Assembly (NCBI GenBank): GCA_030621785.1 | Contig: JAUXGZ010000001.1 | Coordinates: 6,690 to 70,689, forward strand | Direction of reading: 5' to 3' | Origin: Gammaproteobacteria bacterium | GTDB taxonomy: Bacteria > Pseudomonadota > Gammaproteobacteria > DSM-19610 | Length of the DNA stretch: 64,000 bases | Shown: positions 9,887-20,076 of the stretch, one piece after another | How the letters are laid out: every line of letters begins with the position of its first letter | How positions within the stretch are numbered: the first letter of the stretch is position 1 | Position numbers and translations under genes: made by a program | Notes under the pieces: model-generated | What the model saw: the letters and a program-made list of their open reading frames with translations, nothing else | Told to the model about the DNA's origin: nothing | Databases searched by the model: none

Positions 9887-10543
9887 ATGGCCTTAGCGCT
9901 TTTCGATCTGGACAACACACTGCTGGACGGCGATAGCGACTACCTGTGGGGACAATTTCTGGTCGAACACGGCATTGTTGATGGAGAGCTCTATGCCTCC
10001 GAAAATCAACGATTTTACGATCAGTACCTGCAAGGCTGCCTGGATATTCATGAATTCCTGCGTTTCCAGCTCCAGCCTCTGGCGACCCATAGCCGGCGAC
10101 AGCTGGAAGCCTGGCGCACGGACTACCTGCAGGAAAAAATAACGCCCATCCTGCTCGGCAAGGCGCAGGAACTTATCGACTCGCATCGCAACAAGGGCGA
10201 CGAAACGGTGATCATCACGGCAACCAACCGGTTTATTACCGAGCCGATTGCAGCCTGTTTCGGCATCCACAACCTGCTGGCAACCGAACCGGAACTAAAG
10301 CACGGCGAATACACGGGTGGCGTTAGCGGCTTGCCCTGCTTCCAGCACGGCAAGGTGGCACGCCTGCGAACCTGGCTGCAACAAAGCGGCCACCGCCTGG
10401 ATGACAGCTACTTCTACAGCGACTCGCACAACGACCTGCCGCTACTGGAACTGGTTGACCACCCGGTTGCCGTCGACCCGGACAACAAGCTGACCGCCAT
10501 CGCCGCCGAACGCGGCTGGCCTGTCATCAGCCTGCGCCAATAG
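9887..10543 (+). CDS. HAD-IB family hydrolase (histidinol-phosphatase-like)
   Basis: FDLDNTLL, ITATN, YSDSHNDLPLL; usual divergent neighbour of rppH. Confidence 0.9.
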   Translation: MALALFDLDNTLLDGDSDYLWGQFLVEHGIVDGELYASENQRFYDQYLQGCLDIHEFLRFQLQPLATHSRRQLEAWRTDYLQEKITPILLGKAQELIDSHRNKGDETVIITATNRFITEPIAACFGIHNLLATEPELKHGEYTGGVSGLPCFQHGKVARLRTWLQQSGHRLDDSYFYSDSHNDLPLLELVDHPVAVDPDNKLTAIAAERGWPVISLRQ

Positions 10544-10549
10544 TCGATT

Positions 10550-11527
10550 TTGAATCCGATTCGTCCGCTCCTGCTGCTGGGCATTCTAACGCTGGCGGCG
10601 CTCGTCGCACTGTTGCTGAACCTGTCCGCCGGCTCGTTCCCGCTCGACCTCGTCGAAGTCGTCAGCAATCCCGACGCCCCCGGCAGGAAGATCCTGCTGG
10701 AACTGCGGCTGCCACGTGCGCTGACTGCATTCGTCACCGGTGCACTGCTGAGTATCGCCGGCGCACTCATGCAGGTATTGCTGCGTAACCCCCTCGCCGA
10801 CCCCTACATTCTGGGCGTTTCCGGTGGCGCCTCTACCGGTGCCCTGCTGGCCATAATGGCGGGCGCCGGCAGCGGCTGGCTGCAGTCCTCGGCTTTTGCC
10901 GGCGCGCTGCTGTCTACCCTGCTGGTTTTCACGCTCGCGCACGGCCACGGCAGGTGGGACACCACCCGCCTGCTGCTAACCGGCGTGGTGCTGGCTGCCG
11001 GTTGGGGTGCTGTGATCAGTCTGCTGCTCGCCATCAGTCCCGCCGCGCAGGTCCACGGCATGCTGTTCTGGCTGATGGGGGACCTGAGCATAAGCACCCT
11101 GCCACTGACCGCGCTCCTGACGCTGGCCATCGGCCTTATACTGGCCCTTTACCTCGCGCCGTCGCTCAACCTGCTGGCCGCCGGAGAGCTCAAGGCCGCA
11201 TCTCTGGGCGTAGCCACCGGCCGTCTGCGAGTCGTCATCTATCTGGCTGCCTCGCTACTGACCGCAACCGCGGTAACACTGGCCGGCAACATCGGCTTCG
11301 TCGGGCTCATTGCCCCGCACATGCTGCGCCTGCTGGGAACACGTGACTACCGTTCACTGATCCCGGGTTGTGCACTGCTGGGAGGTATTTTACTGCTACT
11401 CGCCGATGCGCTGGCACGTTCCGTGATTGCACCGCGTCAACTGCCAACCGGTGTGCTGACCGCTATGCTGGGCGTCCCGTTGTTCCTCTACCTGCTGTAC
11501 CGTGTCCGGGACATACGCCATGACTGA
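10550..11527 (+). CDS. btuC: FecCD/BtuC-family ABC permease (probably cobalamin)
   Basis: LRLPRA, RNPLADPYILGVSGGA, IGFVGLIAPH. B12 assignment comes from neighbouring btuF and the adenosyltransferase. Confidence 0.8.
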   Translation: MNPIRPLLLLGILTLAALVALLLNLSAGSFPLDLVEVVSNPDAPGRKILLELRLPRALTAFVTGALLSIAGALMQVLLRNPLADPYILGVSGGASTGALLAIMAGAGSGWLQSSAFAGALLSTLLVFTLAHGHGRWDTTRLLLTGVVLAAGWGAVISLLLAISPAAQVHGMLFWLMGDLSISTLPLTALLTLAIGLILALYLAPSLNLLAAGELKAASLGVATGRLRVVIYLAASLLTATAVTLAGNIGFVGLIAPHMLRLLGTRDYRSLIPGCALLGGILLLLADALARSVIAPRQLPTGVLTAMLGVPLFLYLLYRVRDIRHD

Positions 11528-12296
11528 GCGCATATTGCTGGAATGCACGGGACTTGAACTGGCCATCGGCAATACCCGCATCGCCAGCAGACTGGAACTG
11601 TCCATCCGCAGCGGCCAGTGCTGGTGCATCCTGGGACGCAACGGTAGCGGCAAGACCACCCTGATGCACACTCTGGCCGGGCTGCGAGAAGCCAGTCATG
11701 GCACTATCCGGATAAGCGGACAGCCACTGGTCAGTTACTCCCGGCGCGAGCTTGCAACCCGCATCGGCATCCTGTTTCAGGATCACGACGACCCGTTCCC
11801 GGCAACCGTGCTGGAAACCGTGTTGCAGGGACGCCATCCCTACCAGCGCCCCTGGCAGTGGGAATCTGCTGCAGACCGGGAAATCGCCATGGAGGCGCTG
11901 GCTTTTGTCGAAATGGACTCACTCGCCGGGCGTAATATCCAGACGCTGTCCGGTGGTGAACGTCAACGCGTCGGCATCGCCGTGCTGCGCGCCCAGCAAC
12001 CGGATCTACTCTTGCTGGATGAGCCAACCAGCCACCTCGACCTGCACCACCGCATCGACATACTGCAGCGCCTGGTTGCCTCCTGCCGCGAACACCAGCA
12101 GGCCATCTGCCTGATCCTGCACGACATCAACCTGGCAGCAAGGCTTGCCGACCACGTACTGCTACTGCTCGGTGATGGCGAAACCTGTAGCGGCCGGCGC
12201 GAAAACATGCTGGAAACGACACGTCTGGAACGGCTGTATGATCACCCGTTGCTGCAACTGGACACCCCGACCGGCCCGGCCTGGCTGCCGGCCTGA
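11520..12296 (+). CDS. ABC ATP-binding protein (BtuD/FecE-like)
   Basis: GRNGSGKTT, LSGGERQR, LLLDEPT. Confidence 0.88.
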   Translation: MTERILLECTGLELAIGNTRIASRLELSIRSGQCWCILGRNGSGKTTLMHTLAGLREASHGTIRISGQPLVSYSRRELATRIGILFQDHDDPFPATVLETVLQGRHPYQRPWQWESAADREIAMEALAFVEMDSLAGRNIQTLSGGERQRVGIAVLRAQQPDLLLLDEPTSHLDLHHRIDILQRLVASCREHQQAICLILHDINLAARLADHVLLLLGDGETCSGRRENMLETTRLERLYDHPLLQLDTPTGPAWLPA

Positions 12297-12311
12297 GCCC
12301 CATCGAGCCAA

Positions 12312-12328
12312 TGTCGGATTTTTTTACA
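12312..12328 (+). promoter_or_regulatory. 17-bp enhancer-like box (putative PEP-CTERM/PrsR-type box)
   Basis: TGTCGGATTTTTTTACA. A half-site CATCATAATTCTTTACA lies at 12421-12437. Confidence 0.6.
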
Positions 12329-12502
12329 ACTAGAAATCTCCATAAAATCACCTTATTGCTCCTAGCTACCTGAAAAAGCGGAATTTTCACCGGGACGGCT
12401 ATAGAAAACCCCACTCCAGGCATCATAATTCTTTACATTTTTCGACTGCGACAGCCATCAACAACGGGCTTATCTAATTGAATAACATGAATAATTCAAC
12501 AT

Positions 12503-12518
12503 AGGCACGGCATTTGCT
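12503..12518 (+). promoter_or_regulatory. Sigma-54 promoter
   Basis: AGGCACGGCATTTGCT, GG-N10-GC, 28 nt before ATG 12546. Confidence 0.7.
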
Positions 12519-12545
12519 CGTTTTACCTGAAAACCGGGGGGTTCC

Positions 12546-13037
12546 ATGAAAAAACAACTACAGGCTGTCACCAGCGGCACCAGTCAGGATTTTACCCAGG
12601 ATCGCCGCTGCGGGCCGGACCGACGCCGTCATAGCTGGCAGACCGTCATCTATTGCGGTCTACGTGGTCGTGGCCGGCGCAGCACCGTGCGGCGGCAGGG
12701 ACACAGCTACTACCTGGACCTGTACGAGCCCGGGCTGGTTTGTGTGGGCCTGGCGGTGCTGTTACTGAGCTCGATGGATGCGTTGTTCACGCTCACCCTG
12801 TTACAGATGGGAGCCTATGAAGCCAACTTTTTCATGGACCGCCTGCTGCAAACCAGCGACCGGCTGTTTGTGGTCACCAAGCTGGCCATTACCGCTTTCG
12901 GCGTGCTGTTTCTGTTGATGCACGCCAATTTCCAGCTATTGGGAGTGACCAGTGGGGGACGCGTACTGCGCTGGCTGGTGCCCATGTACGTGCTGCTGAT
13001 TGTTTATGAACTGTTACTGATGGGGTGGGTTCAATAA
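12546..13037 (+). CDS. Membrane protein, DUF5658-like
   Basis: N-terminal DRRCGPDRRR, LSSMDALFTL...GAYEANFFM, several TM helices. Confidence 0.7.
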   Translation: MKKQLQAVTSGTSQDFTQDRRCGPDRRRHSWQTVIYCGLRGRGRRSTVRRQGHSYYLDLYEPGLVCVGLAVLLLSSMDALFTLTLLQMGAYEANFFMDRLLQTSDRLFVVTKLAITAFGVLFLLMHANFQLLGVTSGGRVLRWLVPMYVLLIVYELLLMGWVQ

Positions 13038-13046
13038 TGCAAAAAA

Positions 13047-13502
13047 TCAACTGGAAAACAACCGCTGCCACCAACGACGCCGATTCCCCGGAAGCGGCAC
13101 TGGTGCTTGCAGATCGACTGGCGGAAGCCTGGAGAGGATCCAGCCAGGCAGGGGAGGATTATCACTATAACCACAGGAAACGCCAAGGTTATGGGGGTCG
13201 AAAATTTTCACAAAGCCGGGCGAATTGACGTCATCTGCGTACACGATGCCGCAGTAGTCCTCATCGTGGTCGCGGTGTAGCAATTCATCCAGTTCGTCGA
13301 TAAAACGGATCAGGTCAGCGGCCGCAACGGTTGCAGCCGGCGGCGGCTCGCCCACAGCGTAGACATACCAGTCGCCGCCTGCATCATCTTTCATGCGCTG
13401 CCAGAGCTGGTCCAGCTGCGCCCACTGCAGCACGCCGTAGAAGGTGCCCCTGAAGGCCTCACGGAATGCATCTTCGGGTTGTCCGGCTTCTGTTGTTTTC
13501 AC
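13047..13502 (-). CDS. Conserved hypothetical protein
   Basis: Coherent ORF with WYVYAVG, YCGIVYADD, KIFDPHNLGVSCG, RRRWW. Confidence 0.7.
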   Translation of the reverse strand: MKTTEAGQPEDAFREAFRGTFYGVLQWAQLDQLWQRMKDDAGGDWYVYAVGEPPPAATVAAADLIRFIDELDELLHRDHDEDYCGIVYADDVNSPGFVKIFDPHNLGVSCGYSDNPPLPGWILSRLPPVDLQAPVPLPGNRRRWWQRLFSS

Positions 13503-13639
13503 GCCTGGCGGCCCACCATCCGGTTTGCGACTACGCCGTAGATGATACCTCGAATAGCGAACAGGCTCCCGGGATGCCTTTACCGGCCCGTTGACTCAGT
13601 ATTAAGTACATTTATTTCAATATATTACACACGCATCGC

Positions 13640-13669
13640 TTGACAGAAAAGGCGCTCGGGACGTACAGT
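13640..13669 (+). promoter_or_regulatory. Putative sigma-70 promoter
   Basis: TTGACA-N18-TACAGT upstream of the adenosyltransferase gene. Confidence 0.45.
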
Positions 13670-13703
13670 TTGCAGCTGTTTCAGGGGCATGATATCTGAC
13701 GAT

Positions 13704-14246
13704 ATGGGATACCGACTTTCCAAAATCTACACACGCACCGGTGACAACGGGGAAACCGGGCTGGGCGACGGCTCCAGAACACCGAAAGACAGCCCGCGGA
13801 TCGAGGTGATCGGTGATGTCGACGAGCTGAACAGCATGCTGGGTGTCCTGTTGACCAGGACGTTACCCGACGCTGGCAGGGCTCTATTACTGCATATCCA
13901 GCACCGCCTGTTCGATCTTGGCGGCGAGCTCTGTATTCCAGGCCGGCAGGTACTGGCCGATGCCGAGGTCGACTACCTGGAGCAGCGCCTGGACGAGCTC
14001 AACCAGGGGCTACCCATGCTGAAGGAGTTCATTCTGCCCGGTGGAAGTGAAGCCGCAGCCCTCTGCCATCTGGCCCGCAGCATCTGCCGCCGCGCCGAAC
14101 GACGGCTGGTCACCCTGGCTAGCGACAACGACGTCAACCCGGTGGCACGCCACTACCTGAACCGCCTGTCCGACCTGCTGTTCGTCCTGGCCAGGGACCT
14201 GAACCGTATTGATAAACAGCCGGACGTCCTCTGGCAAAGGGATTGA
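13704..14246 (+). CDS. ATP:cob(I)alamin adenosyltransferase, PduO type
   Basis: KIYTRTGDNGETGL, GDVDELNS, FILPGG, RRAERR, YLNRLSDLLF. Confidence 0.93.
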   Translation: MGYRLSKIYTRTGDNGETGLGDGSRTPKDSPRIEVIGDVDELNSMLGVLLTRTLPDAGRALLLHIQHRLFDLGGELCIPGRQVLADAEVDYLEQRLDELNQGLPMLKEFILPGGSEAAALCHLARSICRRAERRLVTLASDNDVNPVARHYLNRLSDLLFVLARDLNRIDKQPDVLWQRD

Positions 14247-14271
14247 CCGGCCCCTGCTGTGCAGGAACTGC

Positions 14272-15141
14272 TCACCTGCGAACCCGGTCGATCCTTGCAC
14301 ACAGCTCACGCGCACCCTGCAGCGCGCGCGGCGTCTGTCGCTCCAGCAGGTCAGCAGGAACGGTAAACAGATGCCCGGCAGCGACCGCCTGTACCCCGGA
14401 CCACTTCTGCCAGGCCACTTTCCAGTCTACCGCCTTGCCGGGATAGCCACCGGCGATAATGACCTGCGGGTCGGCCGCGATCACTGCCTCCACATCGACC
14501 GCCGGCGCCAGGGCCGGCAGGGATGAAAAAATATTCTGCGCACCACACACGCGCAGCCAGGCACTGATCAAATGCTCTCCATTGACCGTCATCAGGGGGC
14601 GATCCCAGATCTGGTAGAACGCCCGTACCGGTGCTCGACCGGCATAGCGCTGCCGCAGGGCATCGACACCCCGGCGAAAGCGGTGCGCCGCCTGGCGAGC
14701 CGGTACAGCGGTACCGGCCAGCGCCCCCAGGCTTTCCATATCTGAGGCAATCGCATCGAGTGTAGCGGGTTCGGAATAAAACACCGGCAAGCCCAGCCGC
14801 TCAAGCCGTTCCAGCTGGGCAGGGGAATTGCCACTCTTCCAGGCCACGATCAGATCCGGCTGCAGCGCCAGGATGGCCTCCATATCGAGGCCGGCGCCAT
14901 CACCGATCTTCGGCAGGAGCGCGGCCGGTGGCGGGTAGTCACTGAAACCGGTGACGCCGACGACCCGTTCACCGGCACCGGCCGCAAACAGCAATTCAGT
15001 CACATGTGGAGAAAGCGCGACAATCCGCGCGGCCGGCGCCGGTAAGGTCACCGTCCGGCCGACATCGTCGATGACGCTAACCGAAGCCGCAACACAGGGG
15101 ACCGCGCAGACCAGCGCGGCTATCGCCATCAGCCACTGCAT
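14272..15141 (-). CDS. btuF: Cobalamin-binding periplasmic protein
   Basis: RIVALSPHVTELLFAAGAG, SDYPP, PDLIVAWKSGN, signal peptide. Confidence 0.85.
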   Translation of the reverse strand: MQWLMAIAALVCAVPCVAASVSVIDDVGRTVTLPAPAARIVALSPHVTELLFAAGAGERVVGVTGFSDYPPPAALLPKIGDGAGLDMEAILALQPDLIVAWKSGNSPAQLERLERLGLPVFYSEPATLDAIASDMESLGALAGTAVPARQAAHRFRRGVDALRQRYAGRAPVRAFYQIWDRPLMTVNGEHLISAWLRVCGAQNIFSSLPALAPAVDVEAVIAADPQVIIAGGYPGKAVDWKVAWQKWSGVQAVAAGHLFTVPADLLERQTPRALQGARELCARIDRVRR

Positions 15142-15147
15142 ACCGGG

Positions 15148-16017
15148 CTAACCGGCCCAGCCGACCAACGTCATCAGCGCAAGTACCACCACCCAGATCA
15201 CAAGACTGCGCCATACCAGCCGCATGGCCGACTGTACCGGTTCCCGGCAGTTCCGGGTGAACGCTTCCTCGCCCAGGCCCAACGCACCCATGCCGGTTTC
15301 TGCCAGCACATTTTCCGAACCCTCGCCGCCCGCCGGGTGCTGACGGTGCACCTCGCGCCAACCCTCGAGCGCCGCATCGAAATGACCGCTCAGTGCGTAG
15401 CCAAGCGCGAGCAGACGCGCGGGCAGCCAGGCCAACAGGCCGAACAGCCAGCCGGCCGCCAGCCCGAACTCGCCGTCATAGCGGTAGTGGCGGGCCAGAA
15501 GACTGCTGCTGCGCCACATCACCGCACCGAGCGGACCCAGCAACACAAACCAGAACAGCACGCCGAACAGGCGCTCGTTGGCCTGCACCAGCACCGCAGC
15601 GGTCACCCCGCGGGCGCTGTCCTCCACGTCCGGCGGCAGCTCATCCGGCGTACCAAGCAACTGTTCTGCGGCGCACAGGCGCAGCGCAGGATGCAGACTG
15701 TCACAGACTTCGCACCAGGTATCCACATCCATGGCCAGATCGCGCGGGCCGAGACAATAGACAAAAACCGCGATTGAAAACAGCAGCCCGACCAGGCCAA
15801 ACAACCAGTCATCGATCCAGGATTGCAACAGCCACAACAGGATCCAGGCCGGCAACAAAACCGCCAGCACACCACCGAAATGGTCCAGGCCCGGGCCGCT
15901 GAGCCGGGCGCGAAACCAGTCAGCATAATTCAGAAAATTCCGATACTGCCGGTGTTCATGGAGCTGCGTCAGCAGCCGGTCGACTGCAAATCCTATCAGA
16001 ACCGAAATCAGTGTCAT
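15148..16017 (-). CDS. ampE: AmpE (CobD/CbiB-like) membrane protein
   Basis: ERLFGVLFWFVLLGP, WLPARL, ALSGHF; lies downstream of ampD. Confidence 0.85.
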   Translation of the reverse strand: MTLISVLIGFAVDRLLTQLHEHRQYRNFLNYADWFRARLSGPGLDHFGGVLAVLLPAWILLWLLQSWIDDWLFGLVGLLFSIAVFVYCLGPRDLAMDVDTWCEVCDSLHPALRLCAAEQLLGTPDELPPDVEDSARGVTAAVLVQANERLFGVLFWFVLLGPLGAVMWRSSSLLARHYRYDGEFGLAAGWLFGLLAWLPARLLALGYALSGHFDAALEGWREVHRQHPAGGEGSENVLAETGMGALGLGEEAFTRNCREPVQSAMRLVWRSLVIWVVVLALMTLVGWAG

Positions 16018-16104
16018 GGTTTGAGCCGGTAACCAGGAAGAGTGGTCAAGCTACCGCCTGTATGAACAAACTGTCAAGCTATGCATGACGACATGCTTCG
16101 GCGT

Positions 16105-16650
16105 TCATAGCAGGGCACGCAGCTTCTGCCAGTCGAAGGCCGGACCGGGATCCGTCTTGCGTCCGGGGGCAATATCGCAATGCCCGACGACGTCATCCGG
16201 ACCGATATGCGGAAAGTGTTTACGCAGCAGGCGGATCACGGCGGCCAGCTGGTGGTATTGAGCCTCCGCGTAGGGCTCCTCGTCCTGCCCCTCGAGCTCG
16301 ATACCTATGGAGAAGTCATTGCACGCTTCGCAGCCCCGATAGCACGAGGGTCCCGCGTGCCAGGCGCGACCATGGAATGGCACATACTGCACCATCTCGC
16401 CGTCACGACGAATCAACAAGTGGCTGGAAACCCGCAAGGCCGCAATGTTGCGAAAATACGGATGCCCGTCGGGATCCAGTTGATTGGTAAACAACGCATC
16501 GATCCAGGGACCACCGTATTCACCCGGCGGCAGACTGATGCCATGCACCACAATCAGCGACAGCGGCACACCTGCCGGCCTCTCGTCGCTGTTTGGAGAC
16601 CGCGCGTGCCGGGCCCCTTCCAGCCAGTTACCGTCGTCACTGATATTCAT
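16105..16650 (-). CDS. ampD: 1,6-anhydro-N-acetylmuramyl-L-alanine amidase
   Basis: VHGISLPPG, RVSSHLLIRRDG, AWHAG, GHCDIAPGRKTDPG. Confidence 0.96.
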   Translation of the reverse strand: MNISDDGNWLEGARHARSPNSDERPAGVPLSLIVVHGISLPPGEYGGPWIDALFTNQLDPDGHPYFRNIAALRVSSHLLIRRDGEMVQYVPFHGRAWHAGPSCYRGCEACNDFSIGIELEGQDEEPYAEAQYHQLAAVIRLLRKHFPHIGPDDVVGHCDIAPGRKTDPGPAFDWQKLRALL

Positions 16651-16801
16651 TTCACCTCAATGCCCTTACCGGGGACAGACTTACGTACCCGCATTCCGGT
16701 CTGTCTTCCGCTTCCTGCCTGTCAACAGTATGTCGTCTTTCCGCAATCCGGTACAATGCCCGCCTGTTGTGAAAATCGTCATGGTGTCGCAAGGAGCCTT
16801 C

Positions 16802-17473
16802 GTGAAAATCAGTACCCTCATTCTTACCCTTATGCTATGCCTCATGGGAGGCACGGCAACCGCCGAGACTCGTTATGCCAGCGACCAGCTGGAAGTTCCG
16901 ATGCGCTCGGGCAAGGGCACCAAATTCCGTATCCTGCGCATGCTCCCCAGCGGCACCGCCCTGCAGGTGCTGGGAAAAGATGCCAGCAGCGGCTATACCA
17001 AGGTACGCGCAACGGGCGGCGTCGAAGGCTGGGTGCTGACCCGCTACATCATGAACACGCCTTCTGCACGCGACCGACTGGCCGCCGCCGAAAAGAAACT
17101 GGCCCATTTGGAACTGGAAAACCGCAAGCTCACCAGCTCCTTCGGCGAGCTGGAGACGCAAAAAGGCAGCACCGACGAGCAGGTCGCCTCGCTAACACAG
17201 TCAAACCACAGGCTGAGCCAGGAACTGGACGAACTGCACCGTACCGCATCCAGCGCACTGGCTATCGATGCCGAGAATAAGTCACTGAAAACCCATATTG
17301 CCACCTACGAACGCAAGCTGCAGGCACTGCAGCAGGAAAACGAGGGACTCAAGGATCGCACCGCGCGTGACTGGTTCATGGTCGGCGCCGGGGTCGTCAT
17401 CCTGGGCATGATCATCGGGTTGATCATCCCGCGCATACGCTGGAAGAAAAAGTCGAGCTGGGATACGTTGTAA
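16802..17473 (+). CDS. SH3-domain/coiled-coil membrane protein (YgiM/TIGR04211-like)
   Basis: AGGAG RBS then GTG 16802; RYASDQLEVPMRSG, EGWV, coiled coil, WFMVGAGV TM, KKKSSW tail. Confidence 0.85.
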   Translation: MKISTLILTLMLCLMGGTATAETRYASDQLEVPMRSGKGTKFRILRMLPSGTALQVLGKDASSGYTKVRATGGVEGWVLTRYIMNTPSARDRLAAAEKKLAHLELENRKLTSSFGELETQKGSTDEQVASLTQSNHRLSQELDELHRTASSALAIDAENKSLKTHIATYERKLQALQQENEGLKDRTARDWFMVGAGVVILGMIIGLIIPRIRWKKKSSWDTL

Positions 17474-17505
17474 CAAACCACCACACGATCGATCGAGCCA
17501 CCTGC

Positions 17506-17552
17506 AGGAGCGGTCAGTACCCGAAAAAACCGGGCATAAAGCGACCGCTCCT
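17506..17552. terminator. Hairpin between convergent genes
   Basis: AGGAGCGGTC...GACCGCTCCT enclosing CCCG-AAAAAAC-CGGG. Confidence 0.4.
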
Positions 17553-19233
17553 ACTCGTCGGTTACACAACCCTCGGAAGCGTTTTTGACGTTCTTGATAT
17601 ACTTGTACAGGGTGCCGCGCGTGGCCTTGTAGGCCGGCATTTGCCACTCTGCACGGCGGCTCGCCATCTCCGCGTCATTGACTTCTACATCCAGCTGCTG
17701 GCTTTCAGCATCGATATGGATAACATCGCCGTCACGAATCAGGCCGATGGGACCACCCTCCTGCGCTTCAGGTACCACGTGGCCGATAATGAATCCGTGA
17801 GAGCCACCCGAGAAGCGGCCATCCGTGATCAGGGCGACGTGCTTACCCAGACCGGCTCCCACGATGGCCGAGGTCGGCGTCAGCATTTCCGGCATACCGG
17901 GACCACCTTTGGGTCCTTCGTAGCGGATCACCACCACCTCACCTTCCCGGATCTCGCCTTTCTCCAGACCCGCCAGCATGTCCTCCTCGGAATCGTAGAC
18001 CCGCGCTGGACCGGAAAATTTCAGGCCTTCCTTACCGGTAATCTTGGCCACTGAACCTCCCGGCGCCAGGTTACCCTTCAGAATCTGGATATGCGCAGTT
18101 GCCTTGATGGGCCGTTCGATGGGCATAAACACTTCCTGGCCCGCTTTCAGGCCCGGCAGGTCGGCGATGTTCTCCGCCAGTGTCTGGCCGGTGACGGTCA
18201 GGCAGTCGCCGTTCAACAAATCGTTTTCCAGCAGGTATTTCATCACCGCCGGCGTACCACCGACATTGTGCAGATCTTCCATCACGTACTGGCCGGAGGG
18301 TTTGAGATCCGCCAGGAACGGTACCCGGTCGCTGACCTTCTGGAAATCATCGATACCCAGCGGCACCTCGACGGCTCGCGCCATGGCGATCAGGTGCAAT
18401 ACGGCATTAGTGGAGCCACCCAGCGCCATAACCATCACCATGGCGTTCTCGAATGCCTCGCGGGTCATGATGTCGCGTGGCTTGATATCCTTCTCCAGCA
18501 GCTTGCGGATGGCGTAACCCGCCTGCAGGCATTCCTCCAGCTTACCGGTGTCCACGGCCGGCATCGAGGAACTGTAGGGCAGGCTCATGCCGAGCGCCTC
18601 GATAGCCGAGGCCATGGTGTTGGCCGTGTACATGCCGCCACAGGCGCCGGCACCCGGACAGGAGTGCTCGACGATCTCCTGCCGCTCGTGATCATCGATC
18701 TTGCCGGCGATGAATTCCCCGTAACTCTGGAAGGCGGATACGATATCCAGGGTTTTATCCTGCCAGTGTCCGGGCTTGATGGTGCCGCCGTAGACCATCA
18801 GCGAGGGCCGGTTGATGCGCCCCATGGCGATCATCACCCCCGGCATGTTCTTGTCGCAACCGGGTATGGAGATATTGGCGTCGTACCACTGGGCATTCAT
18901 CACCGTCTCGACGGAGTCAGCGATAATGTCGCGTGATTGCAGCGAGTAGCTCATGCCATCCGTACCCATCGAAATGCCGTCGCTGACGCCGATGGTGTTG
19001 AAGCGCAGTCCCACCAGGCCGGCCGCCTGCACCCCTTCCTTGACCTTCGCCGCCAGGTCGTTAAGGTGCATGTTGCAGGTATTGCCCTCCCACCAGACGC
19101 TGGAAATACCGACCTCGGCCTTGCGCATGTCATCGGAACTCAGCCCGGTGCCATACAGCATGGCCTGGGAGGCACCCTGTGAAGGTGGCTCGGTGATACG
19201 GGAACTGTAACGATTGATCTTTTTTTCAGACAT
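17551..19233 (-). CDS. ilvD: Dihydroxy-acid dehydratase
   Basis: [39 protein letters not shown]. Confidence 0.97.
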   Translation of the reverse strand: MSEKKINRYSSRITEPPSQGASQAMLYGTGLSSDDMRKAEVGISSVWWEGNTCNMHLNDLAAKVKEGVQAAGLVGLRFNTIGVSDGISMGTDGMSYSLQSRDIIADSVETVMNAQWYDANISIPGCDKNMPGVMIAMGRINRPSLMVYGGTIKPGHWQDKTLDIVSAFQSYGEFIAGKIDDHERQEIVEHSCPGAGACGGMYTANTMASAIEALGMSLPYSSSMPAVDTGKLEECLQAGYAIRKLLEKDIKPRDIMTREAFENAMVMVMALGGSTNAVLHLIAMARAVEVPLGIDDFQKVSDRVPFLADLKPSGQYVMEDLHNVGGTPAVMKYLLENDLLNGDCLTVTGQTLAENIADLPGLKAGQEVFMPIERPIKATAHIQILKGNLAPGGSVAKITGKEGLKFSGPARVYDSEEDMLAGLEKGEIREGEVVVIRYEGPKGGPGMPEMLTPTSAIVGAGLGKHVALITDGRFSGGSHGFIIGHVVPEAQEGGPIGLIRDGDVIHIDAESQQLDVEVNDAEMASRRAEWQMPAYKATRGTLYKYIKNVKNASEGCVTDE

Positions 19234-19308
19234 CCGGGCACTCTCTGTAGTTCGCACGGACAGACCGCACCGTCCGCTGGTGGGGCTATTCTAGCAGCCC
19301 GGCGGTGA

Positions 19309-20076
19309 TCAGGGCATGCCCATGACCAGCTTTTCCAGGATGCCGTTGCGGTAGATGGTGAGCTCGAACTGACTCTGTACCAGCAAGCCGGCCAGTGCGC
19401 GCTGCAATTGTTCGCTGGATTCCAGCTGCACGGAATTAATGGCTGTCACCACGTCACCCGGTTCGAGGCCGAGGGTATCGAGCAATTCAGGAATCTCCGG
19501 CGGGTAGATCCGGTAACCAATCTGCTGACCGTCGCGCAGTACCGGGCTGGCATCGAGAATGGCGAGTACCTTGTCCGGTTCCGTGAATGCCGCGTCGCGC
19601 AGCGCCGCGAGCGTTTGCCGACTGGCCTCCGCGCCGGCCCGTTCCGCCTGCGCCGGCCCGGCTTGCAGCCGCAAGGTATAGTAACGCCCGGCGTGCTGCA
19701 GGATAACGCGATCGAAGAGTATCGCGTCGACCACGGCACCGCCCGGTACCCGGTCGCCAGGTCCGTAATCCGCCGCACCCTGCCCGCGCATCTCGATAAC
19801 CGCCCGCATCGCTGCCGGGGCATCGGCAGTCCGCACGCCTTTCAGCGACAGCGCGGCAAGATCGAAGCGTTCATCCCGGCTGGCCTCCGGTTGCACCACA
19901 TCCATCACGACATCACTGCCAGACGGTTTCACTGGCCTGTGTTCGATCTCGGGCACGGTCACCCGGGCTGCGTCAATCTGGCTCTCCGGTGCAAACAAAC
20001 GCGGCATCAAACGGATCGCCACTGCCAGCAGCACCACCACAAACGCAATGAACAACAGACGTTTCATCGTCGCCAC
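19309..20076 (-). CDS. Type II secretion GspC-like protein (TM + HR + PDZ), orphan
   Basis: N-terminal TM, LSLKGV...AVI...YGPGDRV...ILFDRVIL (HR domain), GYRIYP...LGLEPGDVVTAIN (PDZ). Confidence 0.72.
   Translation of the reverse strand: MATMKRLLFIAFVVVLLAVAIRLMPRLFAPESQIDAARVTVPEIEHRPVKPSGSDVVMDVVQPEASRDERFDLAALSLKGVRTADAPAAMRAVIEMRGQGAADYGPGDRVPGGAVVDAILFDRVILQHAGRYYTLRLQAGPAQAERAGAEASRQTLAALRDAAFTEPDKVLAILDASPVLRDGQQIGYRIYPPEIPELLDTLGLEPGDVVTAINSVQLESSEQLQRALAGLLVQSQFELTIYRNGILEKLVMGMP

Noticed and set aside
12297-12545. Possible cobalamin riboswitch near the btu genes
   Set aside because: No B12-box or conserved core seen; the region is explained by the enhancer and sigma-54 promoter.
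16484-16801. N-terminal extension of the SH3 protein overlapping ampD
   Set aside because: A better start, GTG 16802, has an AGGAG RBS and gives a signal peptide.
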